Shown here: one piece after another, positions 15,326 through 27,377 of the stretch | Numbering within the stretch: position 1 is the first letter of the stretch | How the letters are laid out: each line of letters begins with the position of its first letter | Source: Selaginella moellendorffii | Lineage: Eukaryota > Plantae > Lycopodiophyta | Assembly: GCF_000143415.4 (NCBI RefSeq) | Contig: NW_003314308.1 | Location: 1,399,350-1,463,349 of the forward strand | Length of the DNA: 64,000 nt | Direction: 5' to 3' | The notes under the pieces: generated by a model | What the model was told of the DNA's origin: nothing | The model's database searches: none | Seen by the model: the letters and a program-made list of their open reading frames with translations, nothing else | Made by a program: the position numbers and the translations under genes

Positions 15326-16027
15326 ATGGCGATGGCAATGCGGAGGAGCGGCTGCTCGGCCAGGATAAGGTGGGTGATGCCGCATTTCACTCCCTCGAGC
15401 TTCTGTAGCAGCAGCGCATCGTCATCGTCCGGAGAAATCGCCGCAAGCAGCAGCACGGAGATCGCAAGCGATGGAGAAACCGGGATTACTCCAAAGGCAA
15501 GGAGGAGGAGAAGGAGGTCCAAATCCAAGGCCGACGACAGCTGCGCTGCCAAGCTCACCATCAACATCAAGACCGCGATGCGTGAGTTTCGGCTGGGAGA
15601 CATCCCCAACGCCAAGGTGTGTGGGCTGCCCACGGAGAGGTCGCTCTTCACCGTCATCCAGGGGCCTCACATCGACAAGAAATCGCGCGAGCAGTTTGAT
15701 ATCCAGACGCGGAAGTGGCGCGTCACCATCGATACGGAGACGAGTAAGTTGCGAGAGAAGCTCGAGTTTCTCAAGGAGCACAGGATTCCTGGAGTGGAGA
15801 TCAAGGCCCGGTTCCAGTACAAGACGAGGATGGCTTGGCCGCTCAAGCCTACCCGGCTGTCCGATCAGGAGAAATGGAAGCTCTTGACGCTGCGCAAGAA
15901 AGATCCAAAGCTCTACACCGCTGCGAAGCTTGCCGAGGAGTTTAAGATCGAAGAAGAACAAGTGTATGACGTGCTCAGGTCCATGGAGGAGCGGCAAAAA
16001 CACGTCGATTTGTTTGGAGGAGAGTGA
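15326..16027 (+). CDS. rps10: Nuclear-encoded mitochondrial ribosomal protein S10 with C-terminal extension, intronless
   Basis: R/S-rich presequence and the uS10 signature GLPTERSLFTVIQGPHIDKKSREQF. Confidence 0.85.
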   Translation: MAMAMRRSGCSARIRWVMPHFTPSSFCSSSASSSSGEIAASSSTEIASDGETGITPKARRRRRRSKSKADDSCAAKLTINIKTAMREFRLGDIPNAKVCGLPTERSLFTVIQGPHIDKKSREQFDIQTRKWRVTIDTETSKLREKLEFLKEHRIPGVEIKARFQYKTRMAWPLKPTRLSDQEKWKLLTLRKKDPKLYTAAKLAEEFKIEEEQVYDVLRSMEERQKHVDLFGGE

Positions 16028-16066
16028 AGAAACGCTCCAACGCTCAACTTTCTTTCTTCCGTCTTC

Positions 16067-19000
16067 TTAAAGCAGCTCCATCGGCATTTGGATGACTGTG
16101 AATAAGAAAGAGTGCCCGGCTCCTTCTCCTACTTGTGCTACTCTATCCGTGTTACTGGCACCACCATCGCTACGATCAACCGGTGATAGTGCTGCTTCCT
16201 CGGCATAGTCGCCTGCTCTAATTGCTGGAGCCGCCACAAAGCTGCTCTTTTTTGCCTTCTCCGGGGCCACTACCACTGTCTCTGCCTGTTGCTTCCCCGT
16301 CTCTAGCAATCTCCACGAGATCCTATAGTTGCTCAAGTCGTACATTCCCGGCGCTAGCACTCCGACGCATAGCGGCACTCTGGTGGAAGCTCCGGGTGCC
16401 AGTTCCAGCGATGTCACGGATTTGGAGCAGCACCATACGTAAGGTCCGGATGATGCAAGCTTCCTGTCACTCCTTGCTGAGGATTCTGTTCCTGACAAAG
16501 CGAGAGCCTCTAAAGTTGGTGGAGGCGAGGCACTTCGCCACCCAGCTTTGGCACCACCATCGCCTGTGTCATTCCAGTCACAAGTCTCCACTTTCACGGA
16601 TGCTGTCAGCTGCGAGCAGTTTCTAAGAGCCAAGAAGACCGGGACTTCGCATAGACCTTGGGTAGCGAAGTCGTGGGCTAAACACCTCGGTCCCTCCATA
16701 GCCCAAACTAATGGTTGAGAGCCTTCCACCCTGCAAAGTTGAAGCTCGTAAGACCATAGGAAAATGGAGACAAATCGAACAAAACCTGCAATGACAGACG
16801 TGATGGCTTGCAATACGAAAATCCCGGTGACTACCCGCGGCTTTCTCGGTTATCATGTCGTCTTGTTGCCCAGTGATCAAAACTATATCGACAGTTTGAT
16901 ATCTAGCGTGCTGCTAGTGAAAACAGTAGTTGGAGAAATTAACAAAACATTCAAACGAAACCAAACCTGAGAAGTTTTTATCTGTACAATCTTCTCTTGC
17001 TGGTGAAAATAAGAAAGTGGACCTGAACTAATGTTGATTAGAGGCTCTTCGCTACTAGGAGGACCAAGTCTTACGGTACCACCTCCATGCTTTGTCTCCA
17101 CATCCCTCTGCACAGTCACTACGACTTAAACAGCCAGATACGCAAAACGGAGCTTACCCGGAGTTGGAAGAAAAAGGAGGATGATTGCGTAGCAGGCAGC
17201 AACTGAGATGGAGAGACGGAAGATGACAGGAATGCAGCCTTGAGTGTTTCATCATTATCTGCTTGCTCCAACACCTGCGGCTGAACGGCAGAGAAGCACC
17301 AATCATCTCCGATACTCGATGCCTGTCGCAACCAGAAACTGTCGGAAGGATGTACATTTGCTACGTCCATTCGTAAAAGGTACTGGTCCAGCTTCACTGG
17401 GCAGGACGATATTCCCACGGAGACTTGTAGCGACGGAATCACCTAAAAGCAAAGCGGTAAACAAAAGAAGTCTAAATAACAAGAAGTCAGCTTTACCTGA
17501 ACACTATGGACCATTCGCAAAGTCCGATACTTAAGGCTGGTAGTGTCTTCACACGGCTCAAAGTAGAGTACTGTCTTGAATGACACCTTTCCATCGTGGC
17601 TTGCATGCAACCATAACGGCCATAGGAATGTTGACACTCCTTCTAACAAAGTTTTCTGAGACCAATAACGACGGTCAGGAGCTTAACTTCGTAGTTACGA
17701 GAGCACCAAACCTCCGGAAAGTGAAAAATGGAGCTACCGTGTTCACATTGGATGTCTTTTGGCTGCCCATCATTTCGCACTTCCAAACAATTTGGAAATT
17801 CAAGGTCCAAATCTCCTTGTTCGCCAAACATTAAAAACGCAGGATGGCTGGTTTTAAGTTTGATATTCTACAAGAACAACTCAAAGGTTACACGAGTAAT
17901 GCAAAGGAGAGAATGCAGACCTTAATAGAGGCCTGAGACGGATTTTGAATCTCTAATACAACACGCCGAACTTCTCCTCTGTTAATCTTTGGTGGTAGCT
18001 CATGCATTGATATCTCCAGCCTTGGCATGTGCTGCCCACAGTAAATCAGGAAAAGAAAATGATACTCGAAATATTACGTACCGCCACTACGTTGAACTTC
18101 AACCGCTTATGGAATGGTACATCTATTTTAGACTTTCTTGGCTTTGATGATTTTGATTTCCCTTGCACTGGAAAGTCATAACGACATTGCACGATTCCAC
18201 AAAGGCCCCATTTAACTCCCACTACCTGCAGCAAACCTTCTTCGATAGGCTTCGTCTTCAAGCAAACCTGCACCCGGGCATGAAAAACAGAAAAAAATAA
18301 AAAAATAAAAATGTGACTAGCAAGTCTTACCTCCACCTCTTCTCCACCCTTGAGAGAAAATGATTCGTTTGAGAGAATCAACGAGGAGTTTTCACTGCAA
18401 AGTGCACACCTTGAAGAAAAATTCAAAGGAAAACGGCAACATACGGTTTTGAGCTCGTCATCTCTTCTGGTCCTACAGAGTCGGTAAGTAACACTAAAAG
18501 TTGATTCAGGAAATATCACCTCTCTTTTTTGGTTGAAACTCGCAAATAAGCTCCATAAGAAAGACTTCAATGGAGATTTGCAACGGATTGCTAACCTTAA
18601 GAAAGACACAAACATCCTCTGTCAAAAAGAAAATGTAAATAAATGTGAAATTCAATACAACCACAAGACTTACCTCCTGAAACGCACACGTTAAAATCCT
18701 GGATTTTCTTGTTAGATTTCCCTGCATCCAACCAAGTCGTAATTGGTGCTCCTGAGGACGGTGGAACAAGCTCCTCCTCTAAAAGGGCCCATTCCGCTTC
18801 CGGTACACTGGCCTGCAGAAACCTGCTTACAATATTCTGACATGAGAAATAGTTATCTTACAGCCATGGCGGAAGCATAGGTCCTGTGATCTTCAAAGCG
18901 TACATACACGTCATCGGAGCTTATTGCAGGCAACCTTACTCGTAACACCTCATCTTTCGTTTCCAAATTCTACCAAATCACGGTGTTTAACGATGCAAAT

Positions 19001-21563
19001 TAAAAGATAAACTTAAAATACCTGGACTGCATTGAGAAATTCTTTCAAGAACTGGGCTTGTGTCGGAGCAGACTGGTGACTGCAAGCCATGATGTTCATA
19101 AAATGTTGAACAGCAGCATCCACCTTCCCAAGAAGCAAGGATATCCTGAAAGCAATAATAGCCAGTTCAGTAAACTCATTAAAGCCTTTCACGTACCGGC
19201 CAAGGTAGACATTAACGTGATCACCAATAAAATTCCAGCCTTGCCCATCGTATACAGCTGAGGCTCTCGAATAGGCACGTAGCGCGTGTTTTCTCTAGAG
19301 TAGTTGAAGGATAAGTCAAAGCCAAAATGCTGTTGCAATTTACCTGGCTACTCATATGGTACCGGATACCTGCTAAAACAAGATGAAAACCGTACTTCCG
19401 CAGCATAGGTGGGACACAACGCAAGAAACAGTATGCTGACTGCTCTAACAATACTCCTGCTCGCAAAGTAGCATCCTTGTCCATCTAATTGGAAGTTTTA
19501 AAGCTTGTAAGCACGCGATCAAAACCAAACCTCTGTGCCCGCTCGAAAGAGGACGGATGCAGCTTCGGAATATTGAGCTCTCGTTTTATGCACTTCAGCC
19601 CACCACAAAGCTGTGCGCGTTGCGTACCTTATGGAGGGAGGGCCACAAGTCTAGAAAGGTAAAACAGCTCAGAATATCAAATAAGACGCACAAAGCTCGT
19701 TACTTGATATGTTATGTAGGCTGTCTCTAAGGAGTTATCAGCTTCTTTTCTTGATTGGTCCAACAGGCATAAACAAATTCCAAGCATCTCCTGTGTGCAT
19801 AATACATGTCAAGAATGAAATCACACAAAACTTTCAACTCACCATGACGCCGGCATATCTTTTCAGCGCTCTATCAGCTTTGTAATCGCTCGAGAGCAAG
19901 CGATAGTTTGATACCGCCAGATCGTAATCTTGCAACATAAAAGAGTAATCCGCAAGAACACGAATTTGTGATTCCACCGAATTGTAAGTATATCTGCCAA
20001 TACACAAAAAAAAAAAAAAAAAGAGAGAGAGAGAGAGAAGGATGAGAGCGCTATTTATGTTTCGTCTTACACATTCCCTGAAGGAGTATCCGGGTATTCG
20101 GAGTCTTTTTTCCGCCACCAAAGATTTTTTAATTGATTCTTTAAGCCTCGTCGTGTAGCTGCCACCTGCAACCACAATCTGTTCAGTAGCAGCAAATTTT
20201 GCAGCAAAAACTTACCTGCTGATTCAAGTAACGAACTTTCTGTTCCATATACGGTATAATGTGCTTCTGGCACAAATCGATCACAAACCTTTGAATCTGA
20301 AACAAGAAATAGCCTCAGGAGAAATGTGGATGGCTTTCAGACAAGTACCTCATCGACATCGTTAATTTGAAGACAGCATCCAGTTTTAAGATTGTCTGAT
20401 ATCTGCATGTCTCAAGTTATAGCCCAGAGAAGCATAAGCACAAAACATTTGCATACCTTATAATGCGGCATGCTAGAACTCCAGATATCTTCCACAGGGG
20501 AACCATTATCCAGTGGAGAAGAATTTATCCGGATTAAGCTGCAGTCGTTAACATCTAGTGTACCAGCAAAATTCTGAAGCATCTCATTTGCGCTGCCAGA
20601 TACCAGACAACGCAAAAAATTACAAGATGAAGGTAAATAATTGCTTGAGACTTACCGATCAGAAGGCCCATCCTGGTTGTCGTGCAATACAACGTAGTGC
20701 CTGAGGATTCTTGGATCCATGGCACCATCCTTGAGCAACGATGGCAGATTGGTAACGTCTGACAGGCTAGCAAAGACGTCGAGGGGGTTCTCGTCGTTTG
20801 AAGAAACAACAAGCAGACCTGCAAGTCACACACTCGCCATGAGTCAGCTTACGTGATCGAGAATATCTAGGACTATACAAGCTACAGGGTGATCAAAAGC
20901 TTCGTGTTCAGAGAATGCTAGAGTCCGGGCAAACGCGGTACTGTACTTTTGGAACCAAGACAGTGTCGACTCCGACTGCATCGCTAGCAGAAACAAGCAG
21001 CACAGAATAAGGAACTCAAAGAGAGAACAACTGGAACACAGCAAACCTCTGTGGACGGATTCAATACTGCTCTGAGCACGAAGATCGTCACCTTGGATCT
21101 CGTCCAGAGCAGCCTCATTCACCACATCAAGTAATTGCTGCTCGGCTAGCTAAGCAACGCAGAAAAGAAAAAGCATACATCATTCTTCACATGAAGAATG
21201 AATGAAAAGCTACCTCAATTGGCGTAGCTCGAATCTCCGAAGCGTAGAAGAGGCGGAGTCGAAACTCTTGCAGCCGGTATGGCGTCTCGCTCGCTGTCCG
21301 CACGGGTACTGATGGAATAATCACGGAGGAGAGATCGGATTCATTCACATTCCACGAAAACAAGCACACTCACCATTGACGCGGTCGAGAAAACAGAAGG
21401 GGCGCAGGAGATCCACGAATCCGAGATTGTTCTTCCGGCATGCCGCCTCCGCGCGGGGCGACGCAAGCACCATGACCACCGGCGACACGCTCTGGAGCAG
21501 GATCTGGGACAGCAGCGACGCAGCGCCATTGCCAGGAGCTGCCGGAGCGGGAGGACTCTCCAT
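16067..21563 (-). CDS. TRS85: TRAPP III subunit TRS85/TRAPPC8, many exons
   Basis: PVVMVLASPRAEAACRKNNLGFVDLLRPF, SEHEAFDHPVAC, RRGLKNQLKNLWWRK, ESQIRVLADYSFMLQDY and PPMLRKYGFHLVLAG. Confidence 0.93.
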
Positions 21564-21708
21564 CGAGAACCCTAAACCCGGTCCGATAGATCTCAAATTA
21601 AAATGTGGAGTGAAAGGAAAAATTCACTTTAACCATACTTTAACCATGGTACAATGCTAGCGAGAGAGAAGATGATCCTCGCTCGATCTCTAGAGATGAT
21701 CTAATCGG

Positions 21709-22944
21709 TCATGGAGTGTAGGATGATAAACACTGGTGTGGCGGTCTGGAGGAGAGCTTGCCAGCATTGAGAGGGCATGCCGATTGCGATGGCGGCGTGA
21801 GGCAATTGTATTGGAGGCAGAGGAGCGCGGCGGCGGGTAGCGCGGCGTCCGGCGGCGATAGATCGAAGCCCGTCAGGAAGTTGTGCTGGAGATAGAGATT
21901 GCGAAGATTTGCTGAGAGGAGGCCATCCGCGAATTCCTTTGGGACGGAGCCCGTGAAGTGATTGTTGTTGAGGAAGACGTTCTCCGAGAAGGCTAGCATC
22001 GGTGGAATGGCGCCCGAGAGATTGTTGTAGCTCAAATCCACGCGGCTCATCCTCGCGGGAGATTCGATCGCCACAGGCCCTGACAAGTGATTGCGCTGGA
22101 GCTGCACAGACACGAGATTTGGATTGCTGCTCCACAGCAACGATGGAATGGCCCCGGTCAATTCGTTGGAGCTTAAGTCAAGCGTGGTCAATGCGCGGAG
22201 GGACGCCAGCGATGGAGCCATGGAGCCCGATAGCCGGTTGTTCTTGAGGGAGAGATAGGTGAGCGAGGCGGGGAGCGAGCGGGGTATCTCACCCGAGAGC
22301 TCGTTCCAGCCTAGATCGAAATGGGTCATGGAGGCGGAGGTGAATCGATCAGGGATTGGCCCCGAGAGCTTGTTGTGGGAGAGCTCCAGGGCGACGAGAC
22401 TGGGCAGCAGAGCAATCTCGTGTGGAATGGCGCAGGCGAGAGAATTGGAGCTGAGGTCCAGCACCAGCAATCGTGTGAGGCTGGCAAAGCTGGCGGGGAT
22501 GCATCCGGAGAGCTGGTTGTGGCTGATTCCCAGGAACTGGAGGCTGCTGCCCAGATTCTCGCCAATGCTGGATGGGAGCTCTCCTCGTACGCTGCCCGCC
22601 GTGAGCGTGAGTTGCTGGAGCAGGCGGAGGTCTCCAATGCGCGGGCTGAGCGTGCCAGTGAGGCCTGGCGATCCGGCGTAGCCGTCGCCCAGGTTGAGCA
22701 TCACGACGTGGCTGCTGGCGCCGATGATAGTGCAAACGATCCCGGAGAAGCCGCTGCAAGGCTCGCGTTCGAAATCCCAGCTGGACAGGAAGGAGGAGCC
22801 CGGCAGATCCTTGAGCTGCTTCTTGATGTCGAGCAATGCATCGCGCTCATCCGGATGGAGCTGTTGCGCCATTGCCATGTAATGCATCGCAGCGAGCATC
22901 AAAGCTCCCAATCCCAAGCGAAGAATCGAAACCTCTCTCACCAT
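21709..22944 (-). CDS. Secreted leucine-rich-repeat protein, intronless
   Basis: Signal peptide, LRRNT (FLSSWDF..PC..FSGIVC), plant LxxLxLSxNxLSGxIP repeats and an LCLQYNC cap. No kinase domain. Confidence 0.92.
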   Translation of the reverse strand: MVREVSILRLGLGALMLAAMHYMAMAQQLHPDERDALLDIKKQLKDLPGSSFLSSWDFEREPCSGFSGIVCTIIGASSHVVMLNLGDGYAGSPGLTGTLSPRIGDLRLLQQLTLTAGSVRGELPSSIGENLGSSLQFLGISHNQLSGCIPASFASLTRLLVLDLSSNSLACAIPHEIALLPSLVALELSHNKLSGPIPDRFTSASMTHFDLGWNELSGEIPRSLPASLTYLSLKNNRLSGSMAPSLASLRALTTLDLSSNELTGAIPSLLWSSNPNLVSVQLQRNHLSGPVAIESPARMSRVDLSYNNLSGAIPPMLAFSENVFLNNNHFTGSVPKEFADGLLSANLRNLYLQHNFLTGFDLSPPDAALPAAALLCLQYNCLTPPSQSACPLNAGKLSSRPPHQCLSSYTP

Positions 22945-23189
22945 CTCTACAGTCGCGATTGGATTCTTCTTCTATGCTATCTTCTCTTTCTCTGAGCGAC
23001 AGCGTTGCTACAAACTAGGCTGGGGCGAGATAGGCGCGTAAGCTTGCGCTTGTCTGGATGCTATTTACAATCTCTCCCAGCGACAGGACAGGGAAGAGAT
23101 TTAACGGCTCCATGGCGTCCCAACGGATATCATATGAGCCCATTGAAGATGGGAATATTCGTGAGGCAGCAAGAGGCACGGATGCTCTT

Positions 23190-23198
23190 AAACCCTAA
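23190..23198 (+). promoter_or_regulatory. Telo-box
   Basis: AAACCCTAA located 14 nt upstream of ATG 23213, in a divergent promoter. Confidence 0.5.
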
Positions 23199-23212
23199 CT
23201 TACGAGCAAGAG

Positions 23213-25007
23213 ATGGGAAACAAGGACGCCGTGCACAACGAGATCCTCAGGCTCAAGAGGATCCTCTTTGAAAAGGTGAGCTTTTTCTCAGCTTCGCAGC
23301 TACCAGGCTACCATTTCTTTTCCAATCCGAATCGTCCCAGCTCACGGAGAGCACTGCCAATGCGGGAATCGGGCTCACCAATGTGTCCTTGACGCCGGCG
23401 CAAGAGCTGGGCCAGAAGATGCTCGTCGATGGAATGCCAAAGGCTTTTGTTGGTAAGCAAAGTGGTGATAGATTGATCTTTCTCTTGAGTTCTAACACGA
23501 TTTTAATTCAAGAGTTTTTCGAGCTCACCACCACCTTGGAGCCCGAGCCGACCAACAAAGAGGACGAGGAAGCTGGCATCAGGTTCCCCATCGCCGAAGC
23601 TCAGAGAACGGTAGAATCGATCGAGCACCACCATTTTTATCAAAACACTCGTGCTTATCTTCTTGCAGTTTAAGAAGAAGGAAGTCCAGAGCGTTTTGTG
23701 CGGCCATCTTGTAGCAGCAGAGCGAGCTGCAAGAACAGGTAAGTCAAGAAATCACATCGCCAAAGTATGAGCTAGAGAAATCTCTAAGCAGGGAACAATG
23801 AGAAGCTGTTCGTGGCACTGTCCGGCGTTGGAGCTCTGTTTGACAAGACGTGCTACTTCTCCACTGCGGTGGCCTACTTCGTGCGAGCTCTCGCCGCGGC
23901 CAGCAATGTGACGAGCACACGGAACACCTTTCACGTAGCACAGGTAAGCTTCTCCTCCTGTGACAACCACCTGATTGATCATCCGGATTGTTCACATGTT
24001 CTACAGCAATGTTTAGGCAAAATACAACCTTGGCAAGATCTACTGGAAGGTGCGAAACAGTGGCGACGCCATCAGCTGCTTTGAGGATTGCTTGGGCCTC
24101 GCAAGCTTCATAAACCACGGCCAGCTCGTCGTCATGGCTGCAACTGAGCTCCTCGAGGTGACGCTTTCTTTCTCTACCTTGGTAGCTTAGCTCGTCTTAA
24201 ATCCAGGAAGAAAACAGCATGGAAAAGCTTGCAGGTCTACTGGCATTGCGCCGAGGAGTGCCGACAAGAAGGCAACTACAGACAGAGCATTTGCTACTTT
24301 GAAAAGGCAAGCCAGGAAAAACTATAGAAAAACTTTGGAGATGTGTGAATTTTTCGTCGTGATCACAGTGCGTGCGAGCTGCTGTGGCATGTAGTAATCC
24401 TGTTCAGGGAGGTGAAGCCAAGTACAACATTGGACTCGAATATGGGATGCTCAGGGAGACGCAAAACGCTGTGAAATACCACAACGAGTACATCGATTTC
24501 TCAAGGAAGATCAGGAACAAGGTACGCACGCGCGAGCCATGCGTTAAGATTGTCTTCGAGATTTTTCTTCTCGCTCTCTCAGGCAGGAGAGTGCAAAGCT
24601 CACGCAGCTATGTCGGAAACTTATGAAGCCGCTGGCAATATATCTGCAGCTGTGCACCATCTCAAGGCTTACTTGCAAGCAGCGGCATTTCTAGATCCCG
24701 TCACTCTGGTATTCCATTCGTGCAAGCAATCCATGAGAGATTTGGCTAGAAATCCTTGTTTTTCGTGTCTTACTTGCAGGCCGTGGGACACTGTTTGCTC
24801 GGCTCGCTCTACAAGAGACAAGAGAATCGCGAGGAGTCACTGGAGCAATTCGGGAAGTATTTTGCGATTGCTCGGCAGCTCAAGGATCCAGATTTGCTGG
24901 ACGTGAGTCGCGTCAACATTGGAATCGCTCGGGAGCTCAAGCCCAAGAGGGCGTCCATTAGCCAGTTCATGCTGGGCGAGTGTTCCACATACTGGAGCCT
25001 CCTCTAG
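23213..25007 (+). CDS. TPR protein, TTC29-like (flagellar), multi-exon
   Basis: ELGQKMLVDGMPKAFVEFFELT resembles the TTC29 N-terminus as recalled. TPR-like helices follow, ending in FGKYFAIAR..DVSRVNIGIA. Confidence 0.65.
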
Positions 25008-25323
25008 TAGCGGGGAGGGGAATATACGCTACCTACGGTGGAAGGGATATTCTCCGGCATTATTCCATTCGTTGTGCCAATGGGGTTGGCTATGGCGGAC
25101 GCGGAGCTACGAATGATCCGGGATTTCTCACCACTCTCATGGTAAAGCCATGGCATAAATGCGGCAGCGCGCGTAGCTGCTTGGCGCTCGAGGGTTTGAA
25201 TTGGAGCAGCGGGAGCTGGAGCGTCCAGGACGAAATTCCGGCAATGCAGATGATGATCCGACTCCACGGCCAATTCTGAGCGAGGATCGAGGTGGGCGGA
25301 GCTGCTGAGCTGAGCTGCTGGAG

Positions 25324-26367
25324 ATGATCGAGGTCGATTGCTCTTCCTTCCCGGATCATGGGGTTATGGCTAATCATCCCTTGCAAGGTAACTCTAGAGC
25401 TTTTTTTTGTAGTTCTAGTCGCTCTATGGAAGCTCGAATTGATCATACGCTTGGGTGCATTGTAGAGGGTGATCAAGCTCTTGGTCCTGGAAGTAGCAAT
25501 GGAGGATTTGCTCGAGTTGCGCTACGCGGGGCCAAGCGCGTGGAGCTGCCCGTCCAGCACTGGCGCATCAACTTAATCGACTTGAAATCCAAGCTTTCCA
25601 AGATCTTGGGTCCCAGCAAGGAGAAAGAGTACTGCAACATCTTTAGCAGCTTTCTAAGCCACCGATTGAGCAAAGCCGAGCTCGACAAGAGGCTGCTCCA
25701 GACGCTGGGCAGCAAGGACAGCATCGTGCTCCACAACCAAATCGTCCGAGCAGTCCTTTCCAACGCAAGGTGTGGACAGCCGCCACCCCGCGGAAGACCA
25801 TCTTCCGGACTACTAGCAAGCGATGATCCGCGCAAGAACAAATCGGACTACCACGCATTGCCTGCTGCCAAGCGGTTCAAGCAAAGCTCCGGCATGGCAG
25901 TGCTTAAAGCTATGGAGGACGAGAAGGAAGAACTGGACGAGGATGGCGAAGATAATGACGAAGAAGAGGAAGAAGTGCAAGCACCACTTGGCGTGCCTCT
26001 TTGTCGCCAGAGCGTGGGTGGCGCGTCGCAAAGATCATCCTCGCCTGTGTCGATGGTGAGCAGCGCCGAGATGATGATCATGGAGGCGAGTGAATTGCCC
26101 GACGCTAGCAGCATGCAAACGCGAATGACGCGATTTGCAGCGGGGCTCGAGGTGGAGCACGAGTGCGCCAATCTCGTCAACCATGCGCTGGACATCCACT
26201 TGAAGCGATTGATCAAGGCTTGTATCCAAACGGGAAGAAGAAGATCGAGCAATCACCGGATCTCGGCTCTCGACTTCCGGGTAGCCATGGAGAATAGCAG
26301 GCAGCTCCTGGGAGGGAACTGGCCAATCCATCTCGAGACACTCTCGCTGCTCGATCACCATTACTAA
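25324..26367 (+). CDS. SAGA subunit ADA1/Tad1-like, intronless (start uncertain)
   Basis: RINLIDLKSKL..LG, LSKAELD, LHNQIVRAVLSNA, APLGVP, ECANLVNHALDIHLKRLI and ISALDFRVAME..LLG.NWP. Confidence 0.85.
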   Translation: MIEVDCSSFPDHGVMANHPLQGNSRAFFCSSSRSMEARIDHTLGCIVEGDQALGPGSSNGGFARVALRGAKRVELPVQHWRINLIDLKSKLSKILGPSKEKEYCNIFSSFLSHRLSKAELDKRLLQTLGSKDSIVLHNQIVRAVLSNARCGQPPPRGRPSSGLLASDDPRKNKSDYHALPAAKRFKQSSGMAVLKAMEDEKEELDEDGEDNDEEEEEVQAPLGVPLCRQSVGGASQRSSSPVSMVSSAEMMIMEASELPDASSMQTRMTRFAAGLEVEHECANLVNHALDIHLKRLIKACIQTGRRRSSNHRISALDFRVAMENSRQLLGGNWPIHLETLSLLDHHY

Positions 26368-26590
26368 GAGATCTTTACTACAGGCTTTTTGTTTTCCATA
26401 CCATTTTTTTTACAACTTTTTCCACCTCGGTAGAGTTGGGTGCTGAGAGGTAAATTTACAAGAACTCGTCGAGCTCGCTATAAGTCAAGCACGACGAAGC
26501 AAACGATGAGAAAGAGGAACGAAAGGAAAGAACACCAACAAAAAGAGAGATGAGAGATCATGGTTTTTCTATGGATCGATCGTTCTTCGC

Positions 26591-27124
26591 CTACCGGGGC
26601 TGCTGGATCCGGGTCGACAGCGAGCCCTTCCTCATCTGCGCCGCCGCCAGCTTGGGAGGAACCTTGACAAGCTTGTTGCGGGGGTCTCGAGGAGCGTAGA
26701 TCTTGGCGGCCGCCGGTGGCGGTGAAACCAGATCTATCACCTTGACGGCCCGCGGCGCGGGGCACAGATTCACATCTACAAACCCATCGCATGAATCGAT
26801 CAAAACCAGCGACAAGAAAGAAATCTCGTTACCTTGTTCTTTGAGGGTGTCCGCCTCGTCGAGCGCCCTCACATCCTCAAGATCCACGTCCTCGAATGAC
26901 ACATCCTCCTCGTCTTCCTCGGCGTAGTCGTCGAGCGTGGCGGACGCTTCCGAGACAACGCTCTCCCACTTCTCGCGGATCCAGTAATCACGGAAGGCGG
27001 GCGTGCTCTTCACCAGATTCCACCACTCGGACGAGAAATCCTCGACGCTCTCGAAGAAGGAGGGGACGAAGTGGGGAGCGTCGGGGTTGAGCGAAGAAGA
27101 AACGCAAGGCGCCTTGACAGCCAT
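26591..27124 (-). CDS. ERD15: ERD15-like PAM2-motif protein, 2 exons
   Basis: PAM2 motif [34 protein letters not shown] and C-terminal IQQPR. Confidence 0.92.
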   Translation of the reverse strand: MAVKAPCVSSSLNPDAPHFVPSFFESVEDFSSEWWNLVKSTPAFRDYWIREKWESVVSEASATLDDYAEEDEEDVSFEDVDLEDVRALDEADTLKEQGNEISFLSLVLIDSCDGFVDVNLCPAPRAVKVIDLVSPPPAAAKIYAPRDPRNKLVKVPPKLAAAQMRKGSLSTRIQQPR

Positions 27125-27208
27125 GGCCACGAGCAATCTGACAAGCCCTACCTCGGGACAGAAGAAAACCAAAGACGATAAGCTCGACGGCTAGCAAATA
27201 CAAGCTGC

Positions 27209-27216
27209 CCACGTGT
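27209..27216 (-). promoter_or_regulatory. G-box/ABRE in the ERD15-polygalacturonase divergent promoter
   Basis: ACACGTGG on the minus strand, about 85 nt upstream of the ERD15 ATG. Confidence 0.45.
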
Positions 27217-27377
27217 GCCATTGTCCGCCGTCGATTGTGGGAGTGCAAGGGCTCGAATCCTGCGGCCTCGCGTAGAGCTACGCAAATGCAAAGCTTGCTA
27301 ATGCACGGATCAAGAAACAAAATGCTTTGCTTGCTTGCTTGTTCCATGCTTGTTCTTGCTCGAGCACTCTGGAGAGC

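Noticed and set aside
19130-19150. U12-type donor ATATCCTT in TRS85
   Set aside because: It lies inside an exon directly after a normal AG acceptor (R|ISLLLGK).
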